Origin: an uncultured Thermoleophilia bacterium
GTDB taxonomy: Bacteria; Actinomycetota; Thermoleophilia; UBA2241
Assembly: GCA_963702475.1 (NCBI GenBank)
Contig: CAVPCT010000005.1
Location: 928,001-992,000, forward strand
DNA: 64,000 bases
Direction of reading: 5' to 3'
Below the pieces are notes generated by a model. That model saw nothing but the letters and a program-made list of their open reading frames with translations. It did not search any database and had not been told where the DNA came from. Position 1 is the stretch's first letter, and each line of letters starts with the position of its first letter. The position numbers and the translations under genes were made by a program. Positions 31,160 to 42,242 of the stretch are shown in pieces.

Positions 31160-32932
31160 GTCTCCTCCTTGCCCTGCGCGGCACCGTCGCCCGCATGGCG
31201 TTCTCGCCACTCGAGCGCGGCCGCGTAGGCCGCAGAGCTGGACTCGCCGACGAGCTCCGCCTCCGGGAAGATGGCGATCGCGGACGAGTCCGCCGCTTCG
31301 GCGCGCCTGAACTGCGCGAGCAGGTCGGGGGTCACCCCGCTGAGGAAGAGACGGCCGCCGACGTCCTCGAGCTGCCGCGCGTACACGCGTGAGGATCTTG
31401 AACGAGGTGACGCCGAGCGCCGTACGACCGCGCAGGCGAAGCACGACGACCGGGGCGGCTGCGCCCTGCGGGTCGGGCAAGCGTGCAGCCAGGGTGCGCG
31501 CGCCCGCGTAGTACAGGCTTCCATAGACGTCGAGCAGGATGGCCTCGCGGCCCAGAAGCGTCGCCGGAGCCGGCCGCTCGGCGAAGCGACCGTCGGGGAG
31601 CAGGGCAAGCTCGACGACCCTGAGATCGAGGGCCTCTCGGTTGAGCTGCAGAAGCAGCGACAGCGCTACGCCGATGCCGACGGCGGCGGCGATCGGCAGG
31701 AAGAGCGTCGCGAGGAAGGTGGTCACCATGGCGACCACGGAGCTCGCGCCGGTGCGCATCACCATCCGGATCTCGTCGACCTTGACGGAGCTCACCGCGG
31801 CGAAGATGAGGATCGCAGCCAGCGTCGGCATCGCGACCCTGCCGACGAAGCCCGAGAACACCGAGAGGATGGCGAGCATCCAGAGGCCCGAGAAGATCGA
31901 CGCCCAGCGGGTGTGCGCCCCGGCGGCGACGTTGAGCGCCGTCTGCCCCACCGAGCCGCCGACGGGCTGCCCGCGAAACAGGCCGGCGGCGATGTTGGCG
32001 ATGCCCTGCGCCCGAAAGTCGGCGTTGGCGTCCGAAGCAGCCCCGTCGGGGTTGGGCGCCGCCTCGGCCACGCCGGCTCCCTGGACCAGCACGATCACGG
32101 CGATCACGACCGCGCCCGTCAGCACCGGGACGGAGAAGAGCATGTGCAGCGGCGGCAGCTGCGGCAGCGGGATGCCCGTGGGGATCTCGCCGACGTCGGA
32201 CACCGTTGTCACGCTCGGCAACGCCAGGGCGAGCAGGCTGGGCACGGCCAGCGCGACCACCGAGGCGTAGGACGAGAGCCGCGTCCGCATGAGCACGAGC
32301 AGCAGGGCGAACGTCGCTGCGCCGACGAGCAGCGAGGCCGGGTCGATGCGGCCGGGGTGCAGGGCGACGTCGAGGGCGCGCGTCAGCGCGACGCCGCCGT
32401 TGGCCTCGGCTCCCGTCAGGTCGCCGATCTGGCTGAGGACGATGTTGGCGGCGACCCCGGTGAGGAAGCCCAGCATGACGGAGAGCGAGACGAAGCGCGT
32501 GTAGCGGCCCAGCCGGAGCAGGCCGGCGACCACCATGACGACGCCGGCGAGCAGCGTCAGCAGGATGAGCGCCTCGGTGCGCGCGGCCGGGTCGAAGCCC
32601 GCCAGCGCCGAGCCGGCGGCCAACGCCGCGGCGCTCGTCGTCGTGATGACCATGAGGCGGGTGCTCGAGGTCAGCCCGCCGAAGATCGGCCCGGCGAAGC
32701 TGGCGTAGAGGCCGTGGATGGGGTTGACGCCGACGAGTACGGACGCCGCCATGCCGTCCGGCACGCTGCCGACAGCGCCGGGGATGCCCGCTACCGCATC
32801 GCGCCCGAGGTCACCGCGCGAGACGGCCAGGGAGCGGAGCCAGGTGCGCAGGGCGACTCTCACTCGCGTGGGCGCACCGGTCGGTGCGATAACTCCCTCA
32901 GCATCGTTCGACCTCGGTCCGTGCCGTCTCAC
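31156..32932 (-). CDS. SulP family transporter with STAS domain; frameshift near 31385; start uncertain
   Basis: VPDGMAASVLVGVNPIHGLYAS, PVGGSVGQTALN; STAS continues in another frame (YARQLEDVGGRLFLSGV) to 31156. Confidence 0.85.
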
Positions 32933-32941
32933 CGGCCGCTC

Positions 32942-33805
32942 CTACACTCCCTCGACAGGCGCAGGCCGCTCTCTGCCCATGCGCCTCGCGACCGGGAGGA
33001 GCACCAGGAGCAGCACGATCGCGGCGACCAGTACGTAGGGGAGAGTCATCGTCCCGGCGAAGTTCTGCGATGCCACGACGATCGCGGCGGACACGTTGCG
33101 CTGTGCCGTGCCGAGCGTCATGACGCTGCGGGCGCCGCGATCGCGCCCACCCAGGAGCGCGCCGATGAGCAGCGCGCCCCCGATGAGGAGGAGCAGGGCC
33201 AGGAACCCGTAGGACCCGACGAGGTCGATGATGTTGGAGACGTTCAACCCCAGGCCCAGCACCAGAAGGGCGAGCATCGCGATGCTGGAGACCTTGTTCA
33301 TCACGGACGCCCACCGCTCCCCCGCCTCCGTCCAGTTCGATCTGATGAGCAGGCCGACGGCGAGCGGGACCAGCATCAGGGCGACCAGGGACTTGAGGAT
33401 GTCCCAGGCGCTCACGCTCACGCCCTGCAGCAGGAGCGGCAGCACCAGCGGCAGGTAGATCACGGTCGTCACCATGAGCAGGATCATCAGCCCGACGGCG
33501 TAGGCGACGTCGCCCTTGGCGCCTTGTACCAGCTTGGGCAGGAAGGGGGCGCCGGCGCTCGCCGCCAGGATCAGCAGCCCGGTCTCGAGCGGCTGGTCCA
33601 ATGGCAGGACGAGCGTGATGAGCCAGGCCAGCAGCGGGACCAGCACGAAGTTGGCCGCCAGCGCGACCACGACCCTGCCAGGCTTCTTGAGCGGCCGCAG
33701 GATCTGCGTGACCGTCAGGCTCATGCCCATGCCCAGCATGCTGCTGGTCACGAACAGCACCCCGGAGATGGTCGCCAGCGCGGTGAAGAGCTCATTGACA
33801 CTCAT
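32942..33805 (-). CDS. Bile acid:sodium symporter (BASS) family transporter
   Basis: LAANFVLVP, GAPFLPKL, GTAQRNVSAA; multi-TM. Confidence 0.85.
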   Translation of the reverse strand: MSVNELFTALATISGVLFVTSSMLGMGMSLTVTQILRPLKKPGRVVVALAANFVLVPLLAWLITLVLPLDQPLETGLLILAASAGAPFLPKLVQGAKGDVAYAVGLMILLMVTTVIYLPLVLPLLLQGVSVSAWDILKSLVALMLVPLAVGLLIRSNWTEAGERWASVMNKVSSIAMLALLVLGLGLNVSNIIDLVGSYGFLALLLLIGGALLIGALLGGRDRGARSVMTLGTAQRNVSAAIVVASQNFAGTMTLPYVLVAAIVLLLVLLPVARRMGRERPAPVEGV

Positions 33806-33868
33806 GGCCGAGAGCCCTCGGTCATCGAGCGAGGTCCTGAGCCGGCGTCACGAACGCGGGCAGCTCCG

Positions 33869-36222
33869 TCACTGGCGCGCCATCAGCATGCGCAGCGTCG
33901 CTTCGTCGTCCTCGATCAGGTCGCCACTCACGTCCACGACGACCTTGTGCAGCTTCCGGTGAAGATGGCGGGCGGAGCGTAGTCCGGTGTGACCGGCGCC
34001 CCCAGGGCCCGGCCGCAGGTCACGCCGCCGGTGATGCCGAGGGCCAGCGGCGTGGTCGTGGGCACCTCTGCGGCGGCCACCAGCGCGCCGTCGACGTAGA
34101 GCTGCGCAGTGCCGCCGGCGCCCTTGCCCACGCCGATGTCGGGCGGCGAGGTGACCTCGAACTCGAAGCGCAGCTCGTGTTCGCCCGCCGGCACGGGCTC
34201 GGGCGACTCGACGTAGTAGCGGGCGCGGTCGACGTAGTTGTGGCACCACTTGAGCTTGCCGTCCTTCAGATAGAAGGCGTAGCCGCTGTCCATACCTCCG
34301 TGCGCCAGCAGTACACCGTCGGCGCCGCCCTCCGGGATCTCGGCGAAGGCGGTGATGCTGTGGGCGCGGTTCAGGACCTTCGCCGCCGCATTGCCCGCGA
34401 CCATCTGCGTGCCCGGGTAATACGTGAAGCTGCTTCGGTCGGCGGCGATGACCGGCCGTTCCTCGAGCAGGCGCTGCACGCCGCGGCCATCCACCGGCAG
34501 GACGTTGTACTTGCCGGCTTCCACGTACCACTGGCCGATCAGCTCGATCAGCTTGTCGCGGTGCTCGGCGGCGATGTCGTGGTTCTCGGCGAAGTCCTCG
34601 GCCACGTGGTAGAGCTCCCAGTGGTGCGCGTCAAGCTCGGTGAGCGTGTCGTGGGAGAGAGGCGCGCCGAACGGCGGACCGGCCTCGGCGAACGACGGAC
34701 CGGGCCAGGGGCAGACCGCCCGCCACCCGTCCTGGTAGATCGAGCGGTGGCCCAGCATCTCGAAGTACTGCGTGTGGTGCCGGGTCGGCGCATCGGCCGC
34801 GTCGAAGGTGTGCGCGAAGCTCACGCCCTCGATCGGCGACTGCGTGACACCCTCGATGCTCGGTGGCGGCTCGAGGCCGAGGGCCTCGAGCACCGTCGGC
34901 ACCATGTCGATCGCGTGGGCGTACTGGGCGCGCACGTCGCCGCGGGCGGCGATCGCCGCCGGCCAGCTCACGATGAACGGGTCGCTGATGCCGCCGCGGT
35001 AGGTCTCGCGCTTCCAGCGCCGGAATGGCGTGTCTCCCGCCCAGGTCCAGCCCCAGGCGTAGTGGTTGAACGTCGTCGGCGAGCCGAGCTCGTCGATGCG
35101 CGCCAGGTTCTCTTCCAGCGACTCGGGCACGTTGTTGAAGAACTGGGTCTCGTTGACGGAGCCCGTGGGGCCACCCTCCGATGAAGCGCCGTTGTCGGAG
35201 ATCACCATGACGAGCGTGTTGTCGAGCTCGCCGAGCGAACGCAGGAACTCGAGCACCCGTCCGATGTGGTGGTCGGTGTGGGTCATGAAGCCGGCGAAGA
35301 CCTCCATCATGCGCGCGTACAGGCGGCGCTCGTCGGCGCCGAGCGACTCCCACTCCTGCACGTCCGGGTCGTGGCGCGAGAGCTCGGCCTCCTGCGGCAC
35401 GATGCCGAGCTCCTTCTGGCGCGCGAAGACGCGCTCGCGGTAGGCGTCCCAGCCGTCGTCGAACTTGCCGGCATACCTGTCCGCCCACTCCTTGGGGACG
35501 TGGTGGGGAGCATGCTGGGCGCCGAGACAGTAGTAGAGGAAGAAGGGCTTGTTCGGAGCCACCTGCTTGGTGTCGGCGATGAACGAGATCGCCCGGTCGG
35601 CGAGATCCTCGTTCAGCGTGTAGCCCTCCTCGGGTGTCTTCGGCGGCTCGACCTGATGGTTGTCGTACACCAGCTCGGGATAGTACTGGTGCGTCTCGCC
35701 GCCCAGGAACCCGTAGAAGCGCTCGAAGCCGCGTCCCAGCGGCCAGCGGTCGTAGGGGCCGGCGGCCGAGATCTGATCGGCCGCGGTCAGATGCCACTTG
35801 CCGACCGCGTAGGTGTTGTAGCCGTGCTGCAGCAGCATCTCCGAGAGGAACCCGTTCTCGTGCGGGACGTAGCCGTTGTAGCCCGGGTAGCCGGTCGAGC
35901 CCTCGGTGATGCAGGCCATGCTGTTGGAGTGATGGTTGCGACCAGTCAGGATGCAGGTCCGGGTCGGCGAACAGAGCGCCGTGGTGTGCATGTTGGCGTA
36001 GGTCAGGCCGTTCGCGGCCAGCGCGTCGAGGTTCGGTGTCTCGATGGGGCTGCCGAAACAGCCGATCTGGCCGTAGCCGGTATCGTCGAGCACGATGAAG
36101 AGCACGTTCGGCGCACCCTCCCGTGCCCGCAACGGCTGCGGCCAGGCGGGTTCGCTCACGTCGAACGTCCGGCCCACGACGCCGGGGAACGCCGTGCCGG
36201 GCGCGTACTCGTTGAGAGCCAT
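33869..36222 (-). CDS. Arylsulfatase, paralog of 16831-19188; frameshift near 33955
   Basis: PNVLFIVLDDTG, CSPTR, GKWHL; the C-terminus VVVDVSGDLIEDDEATLRMLMARQ in the next frame matches the paralog end. Confidence 0.93.
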
Positions 36223-36414
36223 GGACTCCTCCTTCAGGTGGACGGCGCGGCGCCACGACCATTCCGGCGCGGCGAGCTTCAGCGAATCGTCAGAGTGAAG
36301 CAGGTTCCTGTTAGCAGTCCGTTAACCAAGCCTGCCACGTTGGGCCGAAAGCGGACCCGACGAGGGGCCACGGGCCTGCAGCGGCAGCGGGCCGACACCG
36401 ACTCGGGTCCATGG

Positions 36415-37510
36415 TCACGGACCCTGAAAGGCCCCGACCAGCGCAACGACGACGCCGACCGCTCCGGCAAGGAGCAGGCCGCTCACGACCCCGCGCCGGA
36501 GAACGAAGAGCCAGAGCATCGCCCCGAAGAGCACCGGCACCTGCCACAGGTGCTGCAGGGAGAGGCCGAGGGGGATCGCCGATCCCGCGATGGCCCCGAT
36601 GACGGCTATCCCCGCCCCGGTGAGAAACGACTGGACCGCAGCGCTCGCCCGGATCTGGTCGAACCGCGGCCCACCGGCCAGGACAAGGAAGAACGAAGGA
36701 GCGAACGCGACCGCCGCCGCCAGCAGGGCGCCGCCGACGCCGCTCGCGGCGTAGCCGACCACCAGCCACGGTCTGGACGACCGGTCCCGGGGTGACCTGG
36801 CCGAGCGCGACGGCATTGAGGAACTGTGCGCCGGTCATCCAGTGGTAGGTGACCACGGCATCGTGCTGCATGAGCGGGACGATGACGAATCCGCCGCCGT
36901 AAGAGAGGGCGCCGACCTTGAAGGCGACCCAGGCGACGGCACCGAGACCGCCAACCACGCCGGCCTGCGCGACGAGCGCCGGGATGAGGGCGCGCGTCGA
37001 GCTCCCTCCCAGACCCGGACCGGCCCGACCGGCGGACCGCTATCTCGGTCACGCCGCAGGCGAGGAGCAGGAGCACGAGGTATGGGCCGACTGTGGCCGC
37101 GGCAACGCCTCCGACCAGGGCGTAGGCGGCCCAGCGGACCTTCTCGGCCCTGCGGCCGCCGATGCGTCTCCAGCTGGCGGGGACCAGCCCCGCCGCCGCG
37201 CCCAGGGCGACCGCAGGCACGGCGGCGCCGGCGCCGGCGGCCGCGCCGAGCACCCAGGCCGGCGGGCTGCCGGCGAGACAGAGGACCGACAGCGCGATGA
37301 TGAGCACCAGCCCGGGCACGATGAAGCAGACGCCGCCGCGGACAGCACCAACCGCCCCCCGCAGCCTCCAGGCGCAGAAGATGGCCAGCTGGGTGGAGGC
37401 AGGTCCCGGCAGCAGGTTGGTGGCCGCGATGCCGTCCTCGAACTCCTTGGCTCCCATCCAGCGGCGCTCCTCGACGCAGAGGCGACGCAGCAGGGCGATG
37501 TGCGGGCGTC
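36415..37510 (-). pseudogene. chrA: Chromate efflux transporter ChrA with several frameshifts and a lost N-terminal GFGG motif
   Basis: HIALLRRLCVEERRW, LLPGPASTQ, ALSYGGGFVIVP, GQVTPGPV spread over three frames. Confidence 0.75.
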
Positions 37511-37976
37511 GCACGCGGCGGCGACCGACGATCGGTGTGTTCCTCTCCGCGCGCCGCGGAAAGTACGCTTCGCGAGAGGACGGCGAGGCTCCGGGCGGCG
37601 AGCGAGACGACGCTGCCTGGCGTGGGCCGCGCGTCCTCGGCAGCCATCTCCTCGAGACGGCCGGGCGCGGAGAGGGGGCCGGCGATCGCCAGCCGCGCAG
37701 CTCGTGGCAGAGTGCGCATCGCCGGGTCAGCTTCCAGCTCGCCTCGTAGGCGACGCCACCGCTCCCCGGCAAGCTGCCAGGAAGTTGCTGGCCTTTCAGG
37801 GAACCACAGGGCGAGCAAGCTCCGGGCACCCGCGGACTGTCGCCAAACGACTCCGAACCACCATCGCAGTCCCCCGATCGGCACGCGCCAGGCTGCCAGG
37901 AGTTGCCGGTACGTAGCCAGATCCGCGGGAAGACTGGCAGTGCGGTAGTCCGTAGAAGCATGGAGAGGAGAGCGCC

Positions 37977-38321
37977 ATGAGCAACGAACAGCCGGCGCCT
38001 GAGACAAGAGGTGTCACGGTGGAGTTGCTTGCAGCTGTCGACCTTGGCCCTGAGATCGAGGGCATGGCGGGACGCCAGCTTCGAACGCGCATGGTGACCA
38101 TCGAGCCTGGCGGCGTCTTCGGCCCGATCCACGACCACAAAGGCAGACCGGGCACCGTCTACGTACTGCAAGGAACGATCACCGACCATCGCGATGGAGT
38201 CGCTACGGACTATGGGCCGGGAGTGGGCTGGCCCGAGGACAGCAACACCACGCACTGGCTCGAGAACAGAGGGACGATCGCGGCGGTGGAGATCTCGGTC
38301 GACATAGTCAGGGATGAGTAG
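37977..38321 (+). CDS. Cupin domain protein
   Basis: IEPGG..IHDH..RPG..YVLQG..THWLEN; GAGGAG RBS. Confidence 0.85.
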   Translation: MSNEQPAPETRGVTVELLAAVDLGPEIEGMAGRQLRTRMVTIEPGGVFGPIHDHKGRPGTVYVLQGTITDHRDGVATDYGPGVGWPEDSNTTHWLENRGTIAAVEISVDIVRDE

Positions 38322-38422
38322 GCGGTGGCCCAACCCCGCGCCGGCTCCGGCAGCCATGGAGTAGGCTCCCGGCGCCGGCGCGCAGGCTTTGCGCGGGGCG
38401 TCGACTGGAGGAGTCGGATCCG

Positions 38423-39271
38423 ATGGGGGTCAGGACGATCGTGGCGGGGGACGTCCGTCTCGCGAGTGAGGCGTTCGGCGAGTCCTCCGACCCGACCATC
38501 CTGCTCATCATGGGCGCCATGGCGTCGTCTGTCTGGTGGCCCGTCGACTTCTGCCGGGAGCTGGCGGCGCGGGGGCGCCACGTGATCCGCTACGACCATC
38601 GCGACACCGGCGCATCGACGAGCTACGCCCCGGGCACGATCCACTACTCGGTCGATGACCTGGCCGACGACGCGCTGGCCGTGCTCGACAGCTACGGCGT
38701 CGCCCGTGCCCACCTCGTCGGCATGTCCCTGGGCGGATTGCTGGCCCAGCTCGTGGCGCTCAAACACCCGGAGCGCGTGATCACCCTGACGCTCGTCAGC
38801 TCGGAGCGCCTCGCCGAGACCGACCCCGACTTGCCGCAGATGTCGCCGAAGATCCCCGCCTACCACGCCGCGGCGACGTCGCTCGACTGGAGCGACCGCC
38901 AGGCGGTCCTCGACTACCAGGTGGGCGCATGGCGGCTCCTGTCGGGCTCCGCACACGAGTTCGACGAAGCACACATCCGCGCCCTGGCGGCGGCCGACTA
39001 CGACCGCACACCCGACCCCCTCACGCAGTTCAACCACGCTCTCCTCAGCGGCGGCGAGCGGTGGTACGGCCGCCTCTTCGACATCACGCAGCCGGCACTC
39101 GTCATCCACGGCACGGAGGACCCGGTCCTGTCCTACGCCCACGCCCTGGCGCTCGAGCGCGACCTGCCCGACGCAACGTCGCTCACGCTGACCGGTTCCG
39201 GGCACGAACTCCATCCGGCCGACTGGCCCGTCATCATCGAGGCCATCGCCGCACACACTGGCAGACGCTGA
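38423..39271 (+). CDS. Alpha/beta fold hydrolase
   Basis: YDHRDTG, GMSLGG nucleophile elbow, HGTEDP, GHE. Confidence 0.9.
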   Translation: MGVRTIVAGDVRLASEAFGESSDPTILLIMGAMASSVWWPVDFCRELAARGRHVIRYDHRDTGASTSYAPGTIHYSVDDLADDALAVLDSYGVARAHLVGMSLGGLLAQLVALKHPERVITLTLVSSERLAETDPDLPQMSPKIPAYHAAATSLDWSDRQAVLDYQVGAWRLLSGSAHEFDEAHIRALAAADYDRTPDPLTQFNHALLSGGERWYGRLFDITQPALVIHGTEDPVLSYAHALALERDLPDATSLTLTGSGHELHPADWPVIIEAIAAHTGRR

Positions 39272-39535
39272 CGTAGACCGCGAGGCAGCGCTCGACGATC
39301 TCCTCGCTGGGGCCGGGGCGGCGCTAGCCACTCCTGACTGCGACCCGGAAGTGCGGGCTGACCAGGGCCGTGTCGAGCCGCCGAGCGGCGGGCGCGACCC
39401 GCAGAGGGCTCTGCATAGCTAGCTTTTCCATAAAGTGACTTTATGATTGAGATACTCTATGGAAGGGAACATCAGGGACGGTCTAGTCATGGACCACGCC
39501 GGCCGAGGCCGGAGACTCTCAAGGAGGAAGCGACG

Positions 39536-40177
39536 ATGCGCTCCACATCCCTGCCCTTCGAAGTTCCGCTCAGGAAGCACCTCGCCGTGGCCAGCATCGC
39601 CCTGATGCTGACCATCGCGAGCCTGTTTCTGCTGGCCGTACCTTCAGCCCAAGCCGCGACCCTGCGTCTCGACGGCGTGCGCACCACGCTGACCACCGAT
39701 CCCGCCACCACCTCGGCGCTCTTCGGCGCCGGCATCATCCCACTGCCCGTGGCGCCGACCCCGATCGTCCCCACGGCGGACGCCGCCCGGTATACCTTCC
39801 CCGTGACCGGCGGCGCCGTCGACAGCAAGACCCTCGCCGGCTCCATCCTTCACTCCGGCGGCCTGCTGCTCGCCCAGCGTGACGGCATGGGCTGGAAGGC
39901 CCTGAGCCTCACCAAGTTCACCATCCGCATCAACGACAACCCCGGTCTCACCGCGATCGTGAACGGCGGCGACCGCGTCCGCATAGCAGATCTCGATCTC
40001 AGCAGCGCCAAGATCGACCGTTACACGCGGCACGGCCGCGCCTTCGTCAGCATCGGCAACGTTGGCGTCACGCTCAACGCAACGGCCATGGGCGCGATCA
40101 ACAGCACCTTCGGCACCGCGCTGCCCGACGAGGTCAAGCTCGGGACCGCAAAGGTGCTTGCCCGGGTGGCCCACTGA
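39536..40177 (+). CDS. Secreted beta-rich hypothetical protein (possibly HtaA-like)
   Basis: AAGGAGG RBS, signal peptide ending AQA, FPVTGG...HSGG motif. Confidence 0.65.
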   Translation: MRSTSLPFEVPLRKHLAVASIALMLTIASLFLLAVPSAQAATLRLDGVRTTLTTDPATTSALFGAGIIPLPVAPTPIVPTADAARYTFPVTGGAVDSKTLAGSILHSGGLLLAQRDGMGWKALSLTKFTIRINDNPGLTAIVNGGDRVRIADLDLSSAKIDRYTRHGRAFVSIGNVGVTLNATAMGAINSTFGTALPDEVKLGTAKVLARVAH

Positions 40178-40508
40178 CCTGACCGAGCGCTACACGTACT
40201 CCTCGGCTTGAGCCGGGCACCCGACCGACGAACCGGGCGGGTAGGGCAGCGGCGAGGCGGGCCACCACGGTGGCCCGCCTCGCCGCCATCATTTCGCAGC
40301 CCAAACGCTGACAGTGGCCCAGGCTGGCCAGGACCGGCTTGGGCCTGGAGGGTCACCGCCGGCCCACGGTCGACCCCTCGACGGTGGCTCTCACAGACTG
40401 CCTATCCGACTCCCCCAGCCTTGGTGCTATCGTCTTGGGCAGAAGCAGACAGCTGCGCCTGTGCGGAAGCGCAGGCTGCAGACTCCTTGTTCGGCAGAAC
40501 AGAGCTAG

Positions 40509-40850
40509 ATGAAGCGACGCGGTCTTAGACTCCTGATCGCCCTCGGGGTCGGCGGGGGGCTCGTCGGCCTGGCGGCCGTGCTCGTCCGGGTCACCCGTGT
40601 CCACGACTTCTACGCCGTGTGTCTCGTGATCGGCCTGATCGCCATCGGCCTCGCGGTTGCGGCTCTGGTCTCTCCCAACGTGCTCATGCAACGCGCGACT
40701 GGAGACCCGTACTTCGGCGAGAGCTACACGCCCCCCGACGACGTCAGCTTCTCGGAGGCTGAATATCGCTGGGTCGGCTGGTACTCCCTCTACCTGGTAC
40801 TGGCGGCTGTGCCGTGCCTTCTCACGGCGCTGATCCACTACTGGACATAG
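40509..40850 (+). CDS. Small membrane protein
   Basis: Three hydrophobic segments, GC-rich third codon positions. Confidence 0.6.
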   Translation: MKRRGLRLLIALGVGGGLVGLAAVLVRVTRVHDFYAVCLVIGLIAIGLAVAALVSPNVLMQRATGDPYFGESYTPPDDVSFSEAEYRWVGWYSLYLVLAAVPCLLTALIHYWT

Positions 40851-40943
40851 CGTCGACACGGCGGGTCTGCCGAACAAGCGCGTCTTGGTGTCGCTCTGTC
40901 TCTCGTGGGACCCAGAGGCCGGCAAAAGCTGGCCGGCCGCAGC

Positions 40944-41125
40944 CTGCGCTTCGACGCCGCCGCGGAGCGTGAGCTGAACGAGGCCGTCGACTTCTGCGAT
41001 CTCGAGAGTCCCGGCCTCGGCGATGTCTTCCTTGCAGAGGTCGAGCACGCGCTCACCACGGTCGAGGCGTTCCCCGAGGCGGCTGAGCCGCTCCGCGACG
41101 GGGTGCGCCGGCGCGTCCTGCCATG
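40944..41125 (+). pseudogene. RelE/ParE family toxin N-terminal fragment
   Basis: LRFDAAAERELNEAVDF...PGLGDVFLAEVEHAL...FPE...VRRRVL; second half and antitoxin absent. Confidence 0.65.
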
Positions 41126-41177
41126 CCCGCCTTCTCAAGAAGGGTCGACACGGGACACGACACAACGCCGGCGCCCC

Positions 41178-41429
41178 TCAGGATGAGTGCAGGCGGCGGC
41201 GCCGATCGGGGTGTTGGCCACACCACTCATTGAACCTCGTGACGGCGAAGAGGTGTCCTATCTCGTGACCGCCCTGGAGCGGTATCGGCGGTGACTGACG
41301 GCACTCGCCCATGGTGCTCTGTTCGCGCTTCGGGTCCATGCCCTTGGAGCCCACCTCCTTCAGCCCGTACTCGACGTCGTCGGGGAGGCGCGCCCACCAA
41401 GGGCACGTCTCGCAGGTCGCTTCATTCAT
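41178..41429 (-). CDS. Small four-Cys protein, phage-like
   Basis: CETCPWW...GECRQSPP...WCGQH pattern. Confidence 0.55.
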   Translation of the reverse strand: MNEATCETCPWWARLPDDVEYGLKEVGSKGMDPKREQSTMGECRQSPPIPLQGGHEIGHLFAVTRFNEWCGQHPDRRRRLHSS

Positions 41430-41763
41430 CTCGTCGCTCCCCGTTGCGGTCTCCAGGAAGCCCACCGGGACGCGATCCACGCGATCGACCCGGTGCGACC
41501 ACCATGGTTCCTCGTGCGTTGCATTGGCTCAGACTACTCTCCGGGAGCGAGCGCGCACCAGTCAGTGTCGATGCACCCCCGCCGACGCATCCTTCGGCGC
41601 GACCCGTTGAGCGCCGTGTCGTGCGGCCGGCGCGGACGGTCGGGCGTGACACGCGGCTCGACCGGGCGCGCTTCAGTCGGCTGCGCCTCTGTTGGCGCCC
41701 GGTCAGCCTGCTTCCGGGGGTGCGTAGTGGTCATGAAGCATCGCGATAGGAGTACATGACCGC

Positions 41764-41830
41764 TGGGTGGACCGCATCGTGGGCCTCGACGGGGTACGGG
41801 CCGAGATCGCGATGCTGCAGACCCCGGACG
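41764..41830 (+). pseudogene. VOC/glyoxalase family internal fragment
   Basis: WVDRIVGLDGVRAEIAMLQTPDG. Confidence 0.5.
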
Positions 41831-41834
41831 GCCG

Positions 41835-42021
41835 AGATGCCTCGCCTGCGCAGCCCGTTGAGGTAGCCCACCTGCCAGGCGATGAAGAGAATGCCGCCGC
41901 CGAGAACGAGAGCTCTGTCGTTGCCCGCGCCGGGCCCCGCACCATGATCGACCGGCCTCGCGAGCCCGTCTGACGTCCCCTTGCCGTACCGTCCGGCAGC
42001 CTCGGACCCCAACACGATCAT
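41835..42021 (-). pseudogene. Patatin-like phospholipase N-terminal fragment
   Basis: RALVLGGG.LFIAWQVGYLNGL; truncated before the GxSxG motif. Confidence 0.55.
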
Positions 42022-42242
42022 GTCGGCCTCCCCCTCGACGCGCCTCGGCTCGGGTGAGCCGCGCGTGAGTGCTACCTGCCCGGAGGACCGACGCCAGGCG
42101 TCGGCGGCCGTTCGTGCCTCCGCGGCGACAGTCCTTGCTTGCAGGCGACTCCCCTGGCCGCCGAACACCGGGGGATGGCCCTCCGAGGTAAACGGGTAGC
42201 CTGCGGACAGCAGACCCACCGACCACACTCCGGGAGAGCACC

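Noticed and set aside
30401-32932. 843-aa SulP-membrane protein fusion in the ORF track
   Set aside because: It results from a frameshift near 31385; the STAS domain continues in another frame and the second gene has its own RBS and ATG.
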